DNA from: a virus
DNA length: 61,470 nt
Direction: 5' to 3' (one strand)
Virus record (IMG/VR): IMGVR_UViG_3300037755_000302
The position numbers were made by a program, and so were the translations under genes. The notes beneath the pieces are model-generated. The model was not told where the DNA came from, searched no databases, and saw only the letters and a program-made list of their open reading frames with translations. Shown in pieces: positions 32,449 to 42,121 of this stretch (the stretch's first letter is position 1; each line of letters opens with the position of its first letter).

Positions 32449-32669
32449 TTCGCTGCCTCGGCTTCAGCCTGCTTCACCTTCCAGTGTCTCGAATTATGAC
32501 CGGATATCTGGTCGAGCGTCCCCTTCGTCAGAACGTCTTTCGGAGACGGCTTTATAAATTTGTACGGCTTCGACGAGATCACCGGCACCGTTTCGCGGAT
32601 GATTTGCGGATCTTGAGCGCAGCCAGACACGGCAAGCGCTGATAATGATAATATAATGATCAGCTTCAT
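32445..32669 (-). CDS. lipoprotein, o-spanin-like
   Basis: Signal peptide plus lipobox MKLIIILSLSALAVSGC. 74 aa, in the lysis cassette. Confidence 0.6.
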   Translation of the reverse strand: MKLIIILSLSALAVSGCAQDPQIIRETVPVISSKPYKFIKPSPKDVLTKGTLDQISGHNSRHWKVKQAEAEAAK

Positions 32670-32788
32670 TGTTCGCCCTCGCGCTTATCCAGCTCTTGAG
32701 ATGCGACTATGTAATCTGCATCGCTGATCTCGCCGCTAAGCCACTTGCGATCAAGCGCTTGTCTTTCTTCTGATTGCGACTTCCTCAT
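32666..32788 (-). CDS. 40-aa hydrophilic peptide
   Basis: ATGA overlaps at both ends link it to the neighbours. Confidence 0.4.
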   Translation of the reverse strand: MRKSQSEERQALDRKWLSGEISDADYIVASQELDKREGEQ

Positions 32789-33102
32789 TTGCCGTCCTCC
32801 CGGCAAAGCCCCGGATTGCGCTTGCAATATTGAACGACGTTCTCCGAAGTCTCCGGCTCTGCGCTGCTCAGAATGTCCGCTATGGTGCGCTCTGCGGCGG
32901 TTTCCATCCGGGCAAGCCTGATCTCGCACTGAGCCTTCTCGGTCGCCACGGCGGCGGATTTGCCTTCTGAGCCTTTGTGATATGCCCATGCCGTTGGAAT
33001 GCCGACAGCGAGCAGGCCGGTAAGCCCATAGACCGCAATGGTCGGCACGCCGGGGAAGAACTTGAACACGCCGGAGAACAGCCAGCCAATCAGTTGCAAC
33101 AT
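32785..33102 (-). CDS. type-II membrane protein, i-spanin/holin-like (105 aa from ATG 33102)
   Basis: N-terminal hydrophobic LQLIGWLFSGVFKFFPGVPTIAVYGLTGLLAVGIPTAWAY, then a soluble domain. Confidence 0.55.
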   Translation of the reverse strand: MLQLIGWLFSGVFKFFPGVPTIAVYGLTGLLAVGIPTAWAYHKGSEGKSAAVATEKAQCEIRLARMETAAERTIADILSSAEPETSENVVQYCKRNPGLCREDGK

Positions 33103-33109
33103 GACGCCC

Positions 33110-33889
33110 TCACTTGCTCTTTGTCCGGAAATCGTCCCACCGCGCCCAGACAATGGTTGCGAAGCAGAGAATGGACAGAACCGAAGTCGTGATGACCAGA
33201 GTCGGAACCGACGTTCCCAAGCTCTTCAGGACGCCGACAATGCCCATGATTTCCGTCACGCTATCCAGCACTACGGTCCCGCCTATGCCGGACAGGGCGA
33301 CGCCTGCCGCGCCAGCCTTCAGCGTTCGGCTGTTGCCGTTCTTGAGCGGCTCGCGGAAGGCGATAACCTTGGCGATCGAGCGCTCTTGGATGGTGATGTC
33401 AACGCCGGTTTTGCTGTCTTCCTGGTTCGCCCCGAGCGCCATATACGTGCCCGGCTTCGAGCCCGGCCCTAAATAAAGGGTCACATGTCCCTTCCAACTA
33501 TCCGGCGACTCTCGCCACTCCACAGCGACGCAGCCCGGCTTTGGTTTGGCAAGCTTCTGCCCCCAGCGCTCCCAGCTCCGAGCGTTCGGTTGCCGCGTGC
33601 CGGGAATGCCGCATTCCTCATGCCAGGCGCACATGGCGGCCGAGCAGTAGGCCGTCTCGTCACCTTCCGGTGGCTTGTAATCGACATAGCGCCAGAACGA
33701 CATGATTACCGGATTAGCTTCTGGTCCCGGAATTTCCTTCTGCCCGAGATCGCGGCGAGCGCGCTTGATGACGGCAGGCTCGCCGACCATCGGCATGTCT
33801 TCCGGAAGATCTGCCGGACGCTTCGGTGGTGAAATACCCGGTAAGAACCCAAGCAACCGCCTGATAAAGTCGAGGATTATCTTCAGCAT
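33110..33889 (-). CDS. endolysin, TIGR02594/NlpC-P60-CHAP-like hydrolase with C-terminal membrane helices
   Basis: Cys in ETAYCSAAMCAW, His in WKGHVTLYLG, plus LGANQED. C-terminal VALSGIGGTVVLDSV... and LVITTSVLSILCFATIVWA. Confidence 0.7.
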   Translation of the reverse strand: MLKIILDFIRRLLGFLPGISPPKRPADLPEDMPMVGEPAVIKRARRDLGQKEIPGPEANPVIMSFWRYVDYKPPEGDETAYCSAAMCAWHEECGIPGTRQPNARSWERWGQKLAKPKPGCVAVEWRESPDSWKGHVTLYLGPGSKPGTYMALGANQEDSKTGVDITIQERSIAKVIAFREPLKNGNSRTLKAGAAGVALSGIGGTVVLDSVTEIMGIVGVLKSLGTSVPTLVITTSVLSILCFATIVWARWDDFRTKSK

Positions 33890-34013
33890 TTCGTCTCCAT
33901 TTGCAGAGAGGAACTTGATTTCTCTTTTTTCGCGGAGTAGAAATGACGAACGCGCCGAAGTGCTTGCAACACTTGGCGCGCTCTAACCAGCCAAACCTTT
34001 CGAGGAGGTTCAG

Positions 34014-34589
34014 ATGGCTACCCCACGTTTATGCTCAGTTGAAGGCTGTGACAAGCGCCATTCCGGTCACGGATACTGCGGTATGCACCTGCAGCGCGTT
34101 CGGCGTCACGGCGATCCTAATGCTCACCCAAGCAATCGAGGTGAGCCAATGAAATTCATTTTAGGTGTAGCGCTACCATTCAAGCGAGATGAATGCCTTG
34201 AATGGCCATTCTGCAAAAATTTCGGGTATGGCATAGTGCGCCATGAAGGAAGATCCACAGGATCTCATCGACTGGTGTGCGAGCTCGCACACGGCCCCGC
34301 TCCACACCCAAAAGCCGAAGCTGCTCACTCATGCGGAAACCGCATCTGCTGCAACCCACATCATTTGCGCTGGGCCACCCGCATAGAAAACCAAGCGGAC
34401 AGGCTTCAGCATGGAACCCACAACCGAGGATCTAAGCAAGGCCAGTCGAAACTGACTGAAGAAGATGTTCGCAAAATCAGAGCGCTAAGAGGTTCCATGA
34501 CGGAACGAGAGATTGCGAAACTTTTCGATATCGGCCGACGACACGTCAACGACATTCACCGCAGAGTTTGCTGGTCTTGGTTGGATTAA
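34014..34589 (+). CDS. HNH-family homing-endonuclease-like protein
   Basis: CSVEGCDKRHSGHGYCGMHLQR...SHRLVCEL...AAHSCGNRICCNPHHLRWAT..EN. On the opposite strand to the flanking late genes. Confidence 0.75.
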   Translation: MATPRLCSVEGCDKRHSGHGYCGMHLQRVRRHGDPNAHPSNRGEPMKFILGVALPFKRDECLEWPFCKNFGYGIVRHEGRSTGSHRLVCELAHGPAPHPKAEAAHSCGNRICCNPHHLRWATRIENQADRLQHGTHNRGSKQGQSKLTEEDVRKIRALRGSMTEREIAKLFDIGRRHVNDIHRRVCWSWLD

Positions 34590-34696
34590 GCTGACACCGG
34601 CTCATCTGCCGACTTCTCCGGCTTCGGAACTGTCGTCGCTTTCCCGCCGAATATAGCGGCAAAGATCGCCTTGATGATGTCAATCAACCATTGCAT
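34586..34696 (-). CDS. 36-aa peptide with hydrophobic N-terminus
   Basis: MQWLIDIIKAIFAAIFGGKATTVPKPEK... ATG after AAGGAC. Weak support. Confidence 0.3.
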   Translation of the reverse strand: MQWLIDIIKAIFAAIFGGKATTVPKPEKSADEPVSA

Positions 34697-34718
34697 GCGC
34701 TATGTCCTTCGATTTTGG

Positions 34719-34745
34719 CAAAGAAAAAGCCCCTGAGAAGGGGCT
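34719..34745 (-). terminator. rho-independent terminator (minus strand)
   Basis: 7-bp stem AGCCCCT/AGGGGCT with a GAGA loop, followed on the minus strand by TTTTTCTTTG. Confidence 0.6.
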
Positions 34746-34851
34746 GGACTGACGTTTGGTAATTTCAAAACTGTTGCTTTTCAGGCTAGACATATGCTGC
34801 CTGTTACTATAGTCGGATGCAATAATTCATACTGTTTGCGTTGAGGATAAT

Positions 34852-35757
34852 ATGCTTGATACTGCTAAACCTGTGATTGTTGAACGCCGGACGGAACCAC
34901 TAAACTGGGAACCGCCACTAGTCTCTATAATCATTACTCATTTCAACTATTCTGATTTTTTAAATGACGCCTTACTTTCCATAATGAACCAGACCCACTC
35001 CAACTGGGAATGCGTCGTTGTCGATGATGGGTCAAGTCCGGAGCATCTTGAAAGCGCCAGGCGCACAGTTGAAGAATTTCGCACCGACAAGATCCGCCTG
35101 CTCGCCCGAAAAAACGAAGGGCAGATCCCCGCATTTTTTGCTGGCCTGGACGAAACAAGCGGAGAATTCGTCTGCCTGCTTGACCCCTGTGATCGCTATG
35201 TTGATCTTTTTCTGGAGCTGACGATTTCCGCGCATCTGAACAAAGATGTTTTCGGCCCGATCGTCTGCACGAGCCAGCATTTGATCAAGAACGGCAGAAT
35301 CATTGCTTCACGTCTTGCAAATCGTCAGCAAGATCCAATACGCAAGGCAGGCGATGCGCTTCTCATTGAGAAAAATCCGTATTTCGCATATTACCCAGCG
35401 CACACGAAAGGATGGCAAAACAGGGCCACATCTTCAATGATGTGCCGGCGTCCTGCTCTTGAACTACTCCGGCCGCACAAGAAGTTGACCTGCAAGCGAA
35501 ACGCAAATTCGTACCTTGGACTGGGATGTCATCTCCTTGGCGGTACGATTTACATTGCCAGTTTCTTGACCTATCGCATGCTCCATCGAGATCATTCATG
35601 GACATCGAAAATGTGGTCAGCTGGAGATGATGACCCGTTCACCATCCCAAAATATCAGCGCGATGTAGAAGAGGCGATTATATATAACGGCGGCACAGTT
35701 CCAGACTCTTCAACATCAGGCAAGGATTACGATCATGAAGGTTCTGCCAGCCCCTGA
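34852..35757 (+). CDS. family-2 glycosyltransferase (candidate lysogenic-conversion moron)
   Basis: VSIIITHFNYSDFLNDALLSIMNQTHSNWECVVVDDGSS plus LLDPCDRY (DxD-like). AT-rich relative to the genome. Its 3' end overlaps the tailspike 3' end by 42 nt. Confidence 0.8.
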   Translation: MLDTAKPVIVERRTEPLNWEPPLVSIIITHFNYSDFLNDALLSIMNQTHSNWECVVVDDGSSPEHLESARRTVEEFRTDKIRLLARKNEGQIPAFFAGLDETSGEFVCLLDPCDRYVDLFLELTISAHLNKDVFGPIVCTSQHLIKNGRIIASRLANRQQDPIRKAGDALLIEKNPYFAYYPAHTKGWQNRATSSMMCRRPALELLRPHKKLTCKRNANSYLGLGCHLLGGTIYIASFLTYRMLHRDHSWTSKMWSAGDDDPFTIPKYQRDVEEAIIYNGGTVPDSSTSGKDYDHEGSASP

Positions 35758-38376
35758 CCTGTTTTCTATATAGATCCTGCCATCTGCTGCGGAAACAGTC
35801 ACCCTGCCATCCGTGCCCGTTGTTCCCGTGAGAGCGCCTGTGGTGACATCGACTAGTGATCCTACGGACTCGGCTATTGTAGACGGACTACTAGTTGTTC
35901 GAAAGTAAATACGCCCTATAATGTTACTGGTATCCTGTGCTGCTAGAAATATATAGCCAAAACCATTAACGAGCGGGATGCTGGCGACGCCATCGTCCGA
36001 AATAAAATGTTGCGGCATAGACCGAAAGGAGGCTGCTGTAAAAGGCAGCCGAGCTTCATTTTCGGAATTTATTCCTTCGCCACCCGCGATCGGCCCGCGC
36101 ATAAAAATACGACGAATTAGCGTCGATGAGCGCTTGCGAACCGCGCCGGACATCAATCTCCAGTCGATTCTGGATAGAACACTTCCAATGATAAGCGTAC
36201 CGTAAGTTGTATCTGTAGCATTAAAATCAACGAGGTAGGTATCGCCGTAACAAGGCCCTGCTTTAGTTATATGGTCTATCTCGACGCTGGGAGAACTCCC
36301 GTATATCTTGAAATTCCCACTGCCCAATGCGGGACAGCCAAATTCGACTTCGACAGAATCTATTACACAACGAGTGGTCGATCCTATGATCATTGCCTCT
36401 GCTGATCTGGCGAAGTTGCTCGTCTGGTAGTTGAGGCCATGGAATTTCTGGTTTGTCATGAACACATGTGTGCCTAGATCCGACAAACATCCGACACTCT
36501 TCCACTGTTCGATAAGAACCCGGTCAAATCGTATGTCATTTACGCCCTGCGTAGCATCATACCCGGTCATCACTACAGCGGGGGCTGTAAAAACACGTAA
36601 ATTGTTTACAGTCGTGCTTGCATTTGTATCCAGTTCACATTCGCCAGCATCAGTGACACTAGCTATTTTTGCCACTAGCGTCCGTCCGTTTGGACCGGCA
36701 CCTTCTACATAAATAAACCTGCCGACATCGCCGGCACCCAGAACGTCAGAATTAAGAGCAAGCGTAGCATCAGATGATGTAATACTTCCAGTAACAGCCC
36801 CAAAACTAACGCGTCTGCCTGAATCACTTACAAATGCATCCTCATCAATTGTGATTTGAGTTGTACTATCGACAGATACAATGCTAGCGGCTAATACAGA
36901 ATTGCTTTCTGACGCAGGGCTGGCGCCATTATCACCTTGCTGTATGTATATTGTCTTGCCTACATCTCCGGCATCCCATACAGCTTCATTTGCAGTAACG
37001 ACAGCACTTCCTGATGTTGTTGTCACAGTCGTCGAAGCGGGAATGTCTCGCTCAAGCCATTGCCAGCCAGAACTGAAGATATCAAGATCTTCCAAATCAC
37101 AGTTGAATGCACGCGACATCCAAAGTGCTGTGTTGCCCAGTCCTCCAAAAGCAAGATTTCGTAATTTGGCGCGACTCATATCCGGCGCGTAGATGGCGAT
37201 TGGATGATCTGCGGAGTCAACGGAACGGCGGATGCGAAAATCGCTGAGCTGATAGAAAACATCTCCCGGTAGGTTTAACAGGACTTCCGCAGCGCCAAAC
37301 GGTGTCGGACATAGTGATGATTCTCCACCTTGCCCATGACCGCGCAACCAGAAACCATTCGTTGCGTTTGTGAAATCAAGCTCTGAAGCCACTTTGTAAT
37401 TCTTAGCTGCCAATTCAATTGTGAATGCGCGGGCAAGCGAAACGCCATAATCGATAGCAGCTTGAATCGCGGCGGCGTCATCTGTCGAGGAATCGGAACT
37501 GCCATCGCCACTTGCGTCGCTGTCACCGACAGCACCGAAATACTCAGCGCGTATTACGTCATCAGGAATAAGCCGCACCCAGGCTCCGCTCGATCCATCG
37601 CTGTCACTATTCGGGGGCACATAAACGCCGCTTCGCGTATCGGCTGCAACTTCCGTTGAAAGGTCTGACCCATCCCAGCGGAACAATCCGCCACCGCCAT
37701 CGCCTGCTGAAGTGTAGCCCTGCATGACGACGACTTCATACAGATTGGCGGCTAGCGCCTTGAGTGCGGATAAGGTCGCGACCTGCCCCGTTGAATAGGG
37801 CGTAACCTCATTGCCGGCGCTATCCACGAAGTACTTTTTGGACAACCCGCCATCATCCCGAGCGAATTCCCTTAAACTATTCGTCGCCGGATTTGACGGC
37901 GTTGATATCTCTGCAAGATCGGTGTAGCCTGTCTGGGTGAGATTGACGATGCCGGAGACGTTATCGCTGTCATCTATGGTGACGCCGGAGTTCTGAATGA
38001 TCTTCCCGGTCGTTTCATGATATCTGGCAATGGCGTTGTCTGTTGCCGATGCCGGGCCGACGACATCGCCGATATCTTCCGCGCGCGCAGTGATGAACAC
38101 CGTCGCATTGCCAGATAGATTGATCGCGCTAGTGCCTGCCACGCCGCCGATCTTGGATTCGGTCACTGTACGTGTCAGCGTCGTTCCGGATGCGGTGTAA
38201 GTCCCCGTACCGATTTCAAAATCATTGCCGTCCTCAATCGTGTAAGGAACAACATCGGCATCTTGTACGCCTGCCTCGTCGAATGTGAAATAGCCCGCGA
38301 TCGCAGCGCCGAGCGTGAGCGTTCCTGTTCCGGTTGTCGATGTTGACACCCGGGCGCGGTTATAGAGGTTGGCCAT
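35716..38376 (-). CDS. tailspike with pectate-lyase-like (right-handed beta-helix) domain, 886 aa
   Basis: Conserved fibre-like N-terminus, then YFGAVGD...DDAAAIQAAIDY, typical of Pectate_lyase_3 depolymerases. The C-terminal half is visibly AT-richer. Confidence 0.7.
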   Translation of the reverse strand: MANLYNRARVSTSTTGTGTLTLGAAIAGYFTFDEAGVQDADVVPYTIEDGNDFEIGTGTYTASGTTLTRTVTESKIGGVAGTSAINLSGNATVFITARAEDIGDVVGPASATDNAIARYHETTGKIIQNSGVTIDDSDNVSGIVNLTQTGYTDLAEISTPSNPATNSLREFARDDGGLSKKYFVDSAGNEVTPYSTGQVATLSALKALAANLYEVVVMQGYTSAGDGGGGLFRWDGSDLSTEVAADTRSGVYVPPNSDSDGSSGAWVRLIPDDVIRAEYFGAVGDSDASGDGSSDSSTDDAAAIQAAIDYGVSLARAFTIELAAKNYKVASELDFTNATNGFWLRGHGQGGESSLCPTPFGAAEVLLNLPGDVFYQLSDFRIRRSVDSADHPIAIYAPDMSRAKLRNLAFGGLGNTALWMSRAFNCDLEDLDIFSSGWQWLERDIPASTTVTTTSGSAVVTANEAVWDAGDVGKTIYIQQGDNGASPASESNSVLAASIVSVDSTTQITIDEDAFVSDSGRRVSFGAVTGSITSSDATLALNSDVLGAGDVGRFIYVEGAGPNGRTLVAKIASVTDAGECELDTNASTTVNNLRVFTAPAVVMTGYDATQGVNDIRFDRVLIEQWKSVGCLSDLGTHVFMTNQKFHGLNYQTSNFARSAEAMIIGSTTRCVIDSVEVEFGCPALGSGNFKIYGSSPSVEIDHITKAGPCYGDTYLVDFNATDTTYGTLIIGSVLSRIDWRLMSGAVRKRSSTLIRRIFMRGPIAGGEGINSENEARLPFTAASFRSMPQHFISDDGVASIPLVNGFGYIFLAAQDTSNIIGRIYFRTTSSPSTIAESVGSLVDVTTGALTGTTGTDGRVTVSAADGRIYIENRSGAGRTFMIVILA

Positions 38377-38461
38377 ATGTGGATTTTCTCTTAAATGGGC
38401 TTACTCAGCCCGCGTCGTGGTGCTGGTTTTCGTGGACGATATTGGCTTTGGGTGGCATGGC

Positions 38462-40033
38462 TTACCCCATCCACTTCGCAACGAGCAGCATGTCGTCTTC
38501 GCCGCCCTGCCATGAAATGGTGGTTCCGCCGGTTGCGGCTCCAAGTTCTAGCGCCGTCACGACATTGACGCCAAGGCTGGGGACCTGCAAAAAGCGGGCG
38601 AGAATGTTCCCGTTTGAATTCTGATCTCGTTCAGAGCTGATCTTTCCGGCTTTTCCGCTGAATGCTGTTGTTGAGTTCCAGCCGATGCCGTTCTGCGCAA
38701 TCATTTCTGAGGTTATGCCATTATCAGCCAGCGCGAGATTCTGTTCAAATCGTAAATCGTAGATTTCTTCCGCAAGCCCGCTGAACACTGTCAAACTGTT
38801 GGCGCTTGCATTATTCGACGCCCTGATCGTCGCTGTGTTATACGACCAGCTTGAGGTGGAATCTCCAGCTTTCAGATAGAGTGGCCGCCGGTTATAAGCG
38901 TTCCACAATCCCCATTTTCGGCTTTGCCCGAACGCCCGATGACACGTAACCTGTCCGTTCGTTCCATCCATGAAGATGGAGCCGACATAGGTGCCCTGAT
39001 TAGCGGCAACGGTATAGGTGTTCGCGCCATTGCGCGCCGTGATTTCGGCGTCGTTGGTGAGTAAGCCTCTGTAGCGGGACAGCGCTGCTGAGCGCGCCCC
39101 GGCTCCGGCTCCGGAATTGCTCCATGCCGGTCCCGTACCGAGACGCAAGGTGCCGTCATCGTCGAACACAAACAGATCATAGATCGTGCTTGCAGAATGC
39201 TGTGAGACTAACGCCAATGAAAGCTGGCTGAATTCCCTCACATCGTCACCAATCGGGATCAGATTGCCCTTGTCCGGCGTATAGTAGACAGTCGAGACTG
39301 ATGTCTGATCGGATACTATCACGGGCGTATTGCTCACAAGCGTCAGATAGCCCTGCGGTTCCGGTCGGATCTTGCTCTCAAGTGGCAGCATTTCGGAGTG
39401 AACTTTGAAATTCACGCCATCGCAGGTAATCCATACGCCATGACCACGCCCAAGCAGTGAGAAGCTTGTTTCGTTGCCGGCAGGGATCGCAAATGTATCG
39501 GTTCCATCGCCGGTGATGGTAATAGTGTTCGCCGTGCCTGCATGGCGTATGCCGACGAAGAATCCATCGCCGAGCGTAGCGGCATCGTCAAATGTCGCAG
39601 TCAGCGTACCGCCGGAGCAGTTCATGTTGATCAGCTTGCCCTTGTCGGCAGTTGTGATCGAGCGGTTAGCAGAGATGTTGACGACGGACTGATCTGCGAC
39701 GGCGGCTGATGTCAGAAAGCTGCTGGTGTCGAGCGCCCCCTTGACGTTATCGAATGTCCGCGTGAACCCAGCGATTGCTGACGAGATCGTGACCTTGTAC
39801 GGGTCGGTCCCGGTGTAAATCAGCGTCGGAACGTTGCCGGACGTAACCGGCTCGCCGCCACTATTGCAATCGACGCTCGTTCCTAGCGATGTGGCCAGAT
39901 CTGAATCGGAGAACACTTCCAAGGCATCGGACGTGCCGGCATCAAAAAACGACAAAACGGCATCGGTGAACGGATCGCCATTCGCGTCTAGGGCGCGCCA
40001 ACCGGGCGGCAGAACCGTTGCGGAATCAACCAT
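38462..40033 (-). CDS. tail fibre protein, 523 aa
   Basis: Gly/Ser/Thr-rich beta-type sequence, positioned between the ejection-type proteins and the tailspike. Confidence 0.6.
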   Translation of the reverse strand: MVDSATVLPPGWRALDANGDPFTDAVLSFFDAGTSDALEVFSDSDLATSLGTSVDCNSGGEPVTSGNVPTLIYTGTDPYKVTISSAIAGFTRTFDNVKGALDTSSFLTSAAVADQSVVNISANRSITTADKGKLINMNCSGGTLTATFDDAATLGDGFFVGIRHAGTANTITITGDGTDTFAIPAGNETSFSLLGRGHGVWITCDGVNFKVHSEMLPLESKIRPEPQGYLTLVSNTPVIVSDQTSVSTVYYTPDKGNLIPIGDDVREFSQLSLALVSQHSASTIYDLFVFDDDGTLRLGTGPAWSNSGAGAGARSAALSRYRGLLTNDAEITARNGANTYTVAANQGTYVGSIFMDGTNGQVTCHRAFGQSRKWGLWNAYNRRPLYLKAGDSTSSWSYNTATIRASNNASANSLTVFSGLAEEIYDLRFEQNLALADNGITSEMIAQNGIGWNSTTAFSGKAGKISSERDQNSNGNILARFLQVPSLGVNVVTALELGAATGGTTISWQGGEDDMLLVAKWMG

Positions 40034-40056
40034 GTCTGTTCCTTAAGATGTGGGGA

Positions 40057-41595
40057 TTAGCGGACGGCGAGAAGCCGGTTCTGAGGCCCTGTATCGGGCT
40101 GATGGACGCGGAACTGCGGTTGGGGCATGGGTTGCTGTCCACCGCCCTCCATCTCGCTGAGAAGGCGCTGTAGCTCTGCTATCTCGGTGTCGAAGTCGTC
40201 GGGCTGCTGTTGCGGAGATCCGCCTGGCTGATATGCGTTTCCGTAGACGCGGGCCGGGTTGCGTTCCGGGACTTGCGCCATGTCGTAGGCTTCTTCGGGA
40301 TACCCGCCGACAAACTGCGAAACTCCCGGCATGTTGCGCGCCGTCCAGTTGCGCGCCATGTTCGTTTCTTCCGGCGTGTAGTCCGTCATGTCTGCGCCCA
40401 TTTGGGGGGCGAGCATCGTTCCCCCGGCAGTGAACGCGGTTTTCGCCATCTGGGGGATGGCCTGCAAGAGGCGGTTTCCGCCGTAAGCGGCTCCGGCCGC
40501 AGCACCGGCCGTGCCGAGCTTGTCAGTCGTTGACGGCCCGCTTCCGTCTTCAGCCTGCGCATCCGCCATATTGTATGCGAGCGTTCCGGCGACGATCGGT
40601 GCGAATGCCGGGCTTTTCAGCAGTTTGGTTGCCGCTCCGCCGCGAGGGCCGGGCGTGTTCTTGACTGCTTCGGCAACGGCGTCACGCAACTGAGCAGCGT
40701 TCATATTGCTCCGGCCGGGGATGTTATACCGCTTGGCCTGCTGCATGAGGTCGCTACGCGTACCGGGCAGATTCGGGCGCTTTGGCGCTGGCTTCTGCGG
40801 TTCTGGCTTCGGCGCTGGTGTGGCGCGCGTTGGCGCTGGCCGGTTATCCACCGCATCCATACGGTCGGCAAATTCCTTGGCGGAGCGGATGCGCATCATC
40901 GCTTCACCCTCGCCTTCATGCCGAGACGGGAAGAAGAACCGCATGCCACCGTCTGCTGCTATGCCGGTTGAAACTCCAAGCAGTGCATTGGCAACCTGCT
41001 CGTTGGCCTGCCGATCAGCATCTGTGGATTTCGGATCGGTTGCCCGGTCGTGGTACTTGGTATATTCGTTGTAAAATATTCCCGCAGGAATGCCATATGA
41101 CAGTCCTCGCCCCAAGACAGCGCCGGTCTGGCGCATTGGGCTGGATGGCATATATTTCTCAGCGGCGGTCGCTGCACCGGCGGCGCGGGCGCGGTTCATC
41201 TGCGAATTTGTAAGTCTTTCAACGGGACCTAACTCTTTCGCGATCCCTTTGATTGCCTCCACGTTGCCCTTGTTGAAATTGTGCAGGAGTCTGTTTTCTA
41301 TCTCGCCTATGCCAGCGCCACCAAGCGCGCCAATTCCGGCAGGAACTGTTGTATTCCACAATGGGTCAGCAGCTTCTTCCCGCTTATCCTGCCTCGCAAC
41401 ATCCTTGTCGCTCTGCTCAGCCTGCAGTCTTTCCCGTTCAAGCTGGATTTCGGCGTCGCTCTTTTGCGGCGTCATCTGCTGTTCAAGCACCATGGCGCGC
41501 TGAGTGGCCGGACCCATCTTGCCATCCACAGCACCAGTGTATAGGCCTTTGGCTTGCAAACGAGCCTGAATTTCTTTAATCTGCTCAGGATTCAT
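40057..41595 (-). CDS. internal virion/ejection-type protein with N-terminal peptidoglycan-binding domain, 512 aa
   Basis: PG_binding_1-like IQARLQAKGLYTGAVDGKMGPATQRAM. A HeH-like motif (NMNAAQLRDAVAEAVK). Low-complexity Ala/Gly regions. Confidence 0.6.
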   Translation of the reverse strand: MNPEQIKEIQARLQAKGLYTGAVDGKMGPATQRAMVLEQQMTPQKSDAEIQLERERLQAEQSDKDVARQDKREEAADPLWNTTVPAGIGALGGAGIGEIENRLLHNFNKGNVEAIKGIAKELGPVERLTNSQMNRARAAGAATAAEKYMPSSPMRQTGAVLGRGLSYGIPAGIFYNEYTKYHDRATDPKSTDADRQANEQVANALLGVSTGIAADGGMRFFFPSRHEGEGEAMMRIRSAKEFADRMDAVDNRPAPTRATPAPKPEPQKPAPKRPNLPGTRSDLMQQAKRYNIPGRSNMNAAQLRDAVAEAVKNTPGPRGGAATKLLKSPAFAPIVAGTLAYNMADAQAEDGSGPSTTDKLGTAGAAAGAAYGGNRLLQAIPQMAKTAFTAGGTMLAPQMGADMTDYTPEETNMARNWTARNMPGVSQFVGGYPEEAYDMAQVPERNPARVYGNAYQPGGSPQQQPDDFDTEIAELQRLLSEMEGGGQQPMPQPQFRVHQPDTGPQNRLLAVR

Positions 41596-41788
41596 GGTGA
41601 TAGAGACCGCTGTTATGGATGAAATCGTTTATTCGGAAACGCGCCCAGGCGTCATGGAGACTGACCGCGAGAAACGCACCCGCGAAGAGCGCATCTATCG
41701 CCGCTGGGATAAGGCCGGGCCTTGGATGATCCCGGCGATGTTCGGTTTTTTGATGCTGTGTCAGGTCGTCAGCAAGTGGCTATCATGA
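41594..41788 (+). CDS. small protein with C-terminal transmembrane helix, 64 aa
   Basis: Only a plus-strand ORF is available in the 520-nt gap of the minus-strand operon. Ends ...WMIPAMFGFLMLCQVV. Weak RBS. Confidence 0.3.
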   Translation: MVIETAVMDEIVYSETRPGVMETDREKRTREERIYRRWDKAGPWMIPAMFGFLMLCQVVSKWLS

Positions 41789-41914
41789 CCGCCATTTACC
41801 TCGCCTTCGGCGGAGGGTGGCGACACCTTTGATTATCGACCCGGATGCACCATATCTGGATCAGGTAGAGGTTTTCGTTCTCTACGTTCTGCCGCTCATG
41901 ATCGCGATGCTGAG

Positions 41915-42121
41915 ATGAAACAGGAATCCGAAGACATCTACGGCCATAGAGCCTATTACGCGAAAGTCGAAGAGGCCCGGATAAAGGTCAGAGACGATGA
42001 ACTTCGTCAGATTTCCCTGAAAAGGGAAAGATCCGAGGGCTTCTGGAACGGCATTGGCGGCTGTTTCGTTATCACAACAGCGGCAGTCGTGATCATGTAC
42101 GTGGTCAGACTTTTCGCCTAA
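41915..42121 (+). CDS. tail-anchored small membrane protein, 68 aa
   Basis: C-terminal GIGGCFVITTAAVVIMYVVRLFA. ATGA-coupled to a possible 29-aa TTG-initiated peptide at 41829..41918. Confidence 0.45.
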   Translation: MKQESEDIYGHRAYYAKVEEARIKVRDDELRQISLKRERSEGFWNGIGGCFVITTAAVVIMYVVRLFA

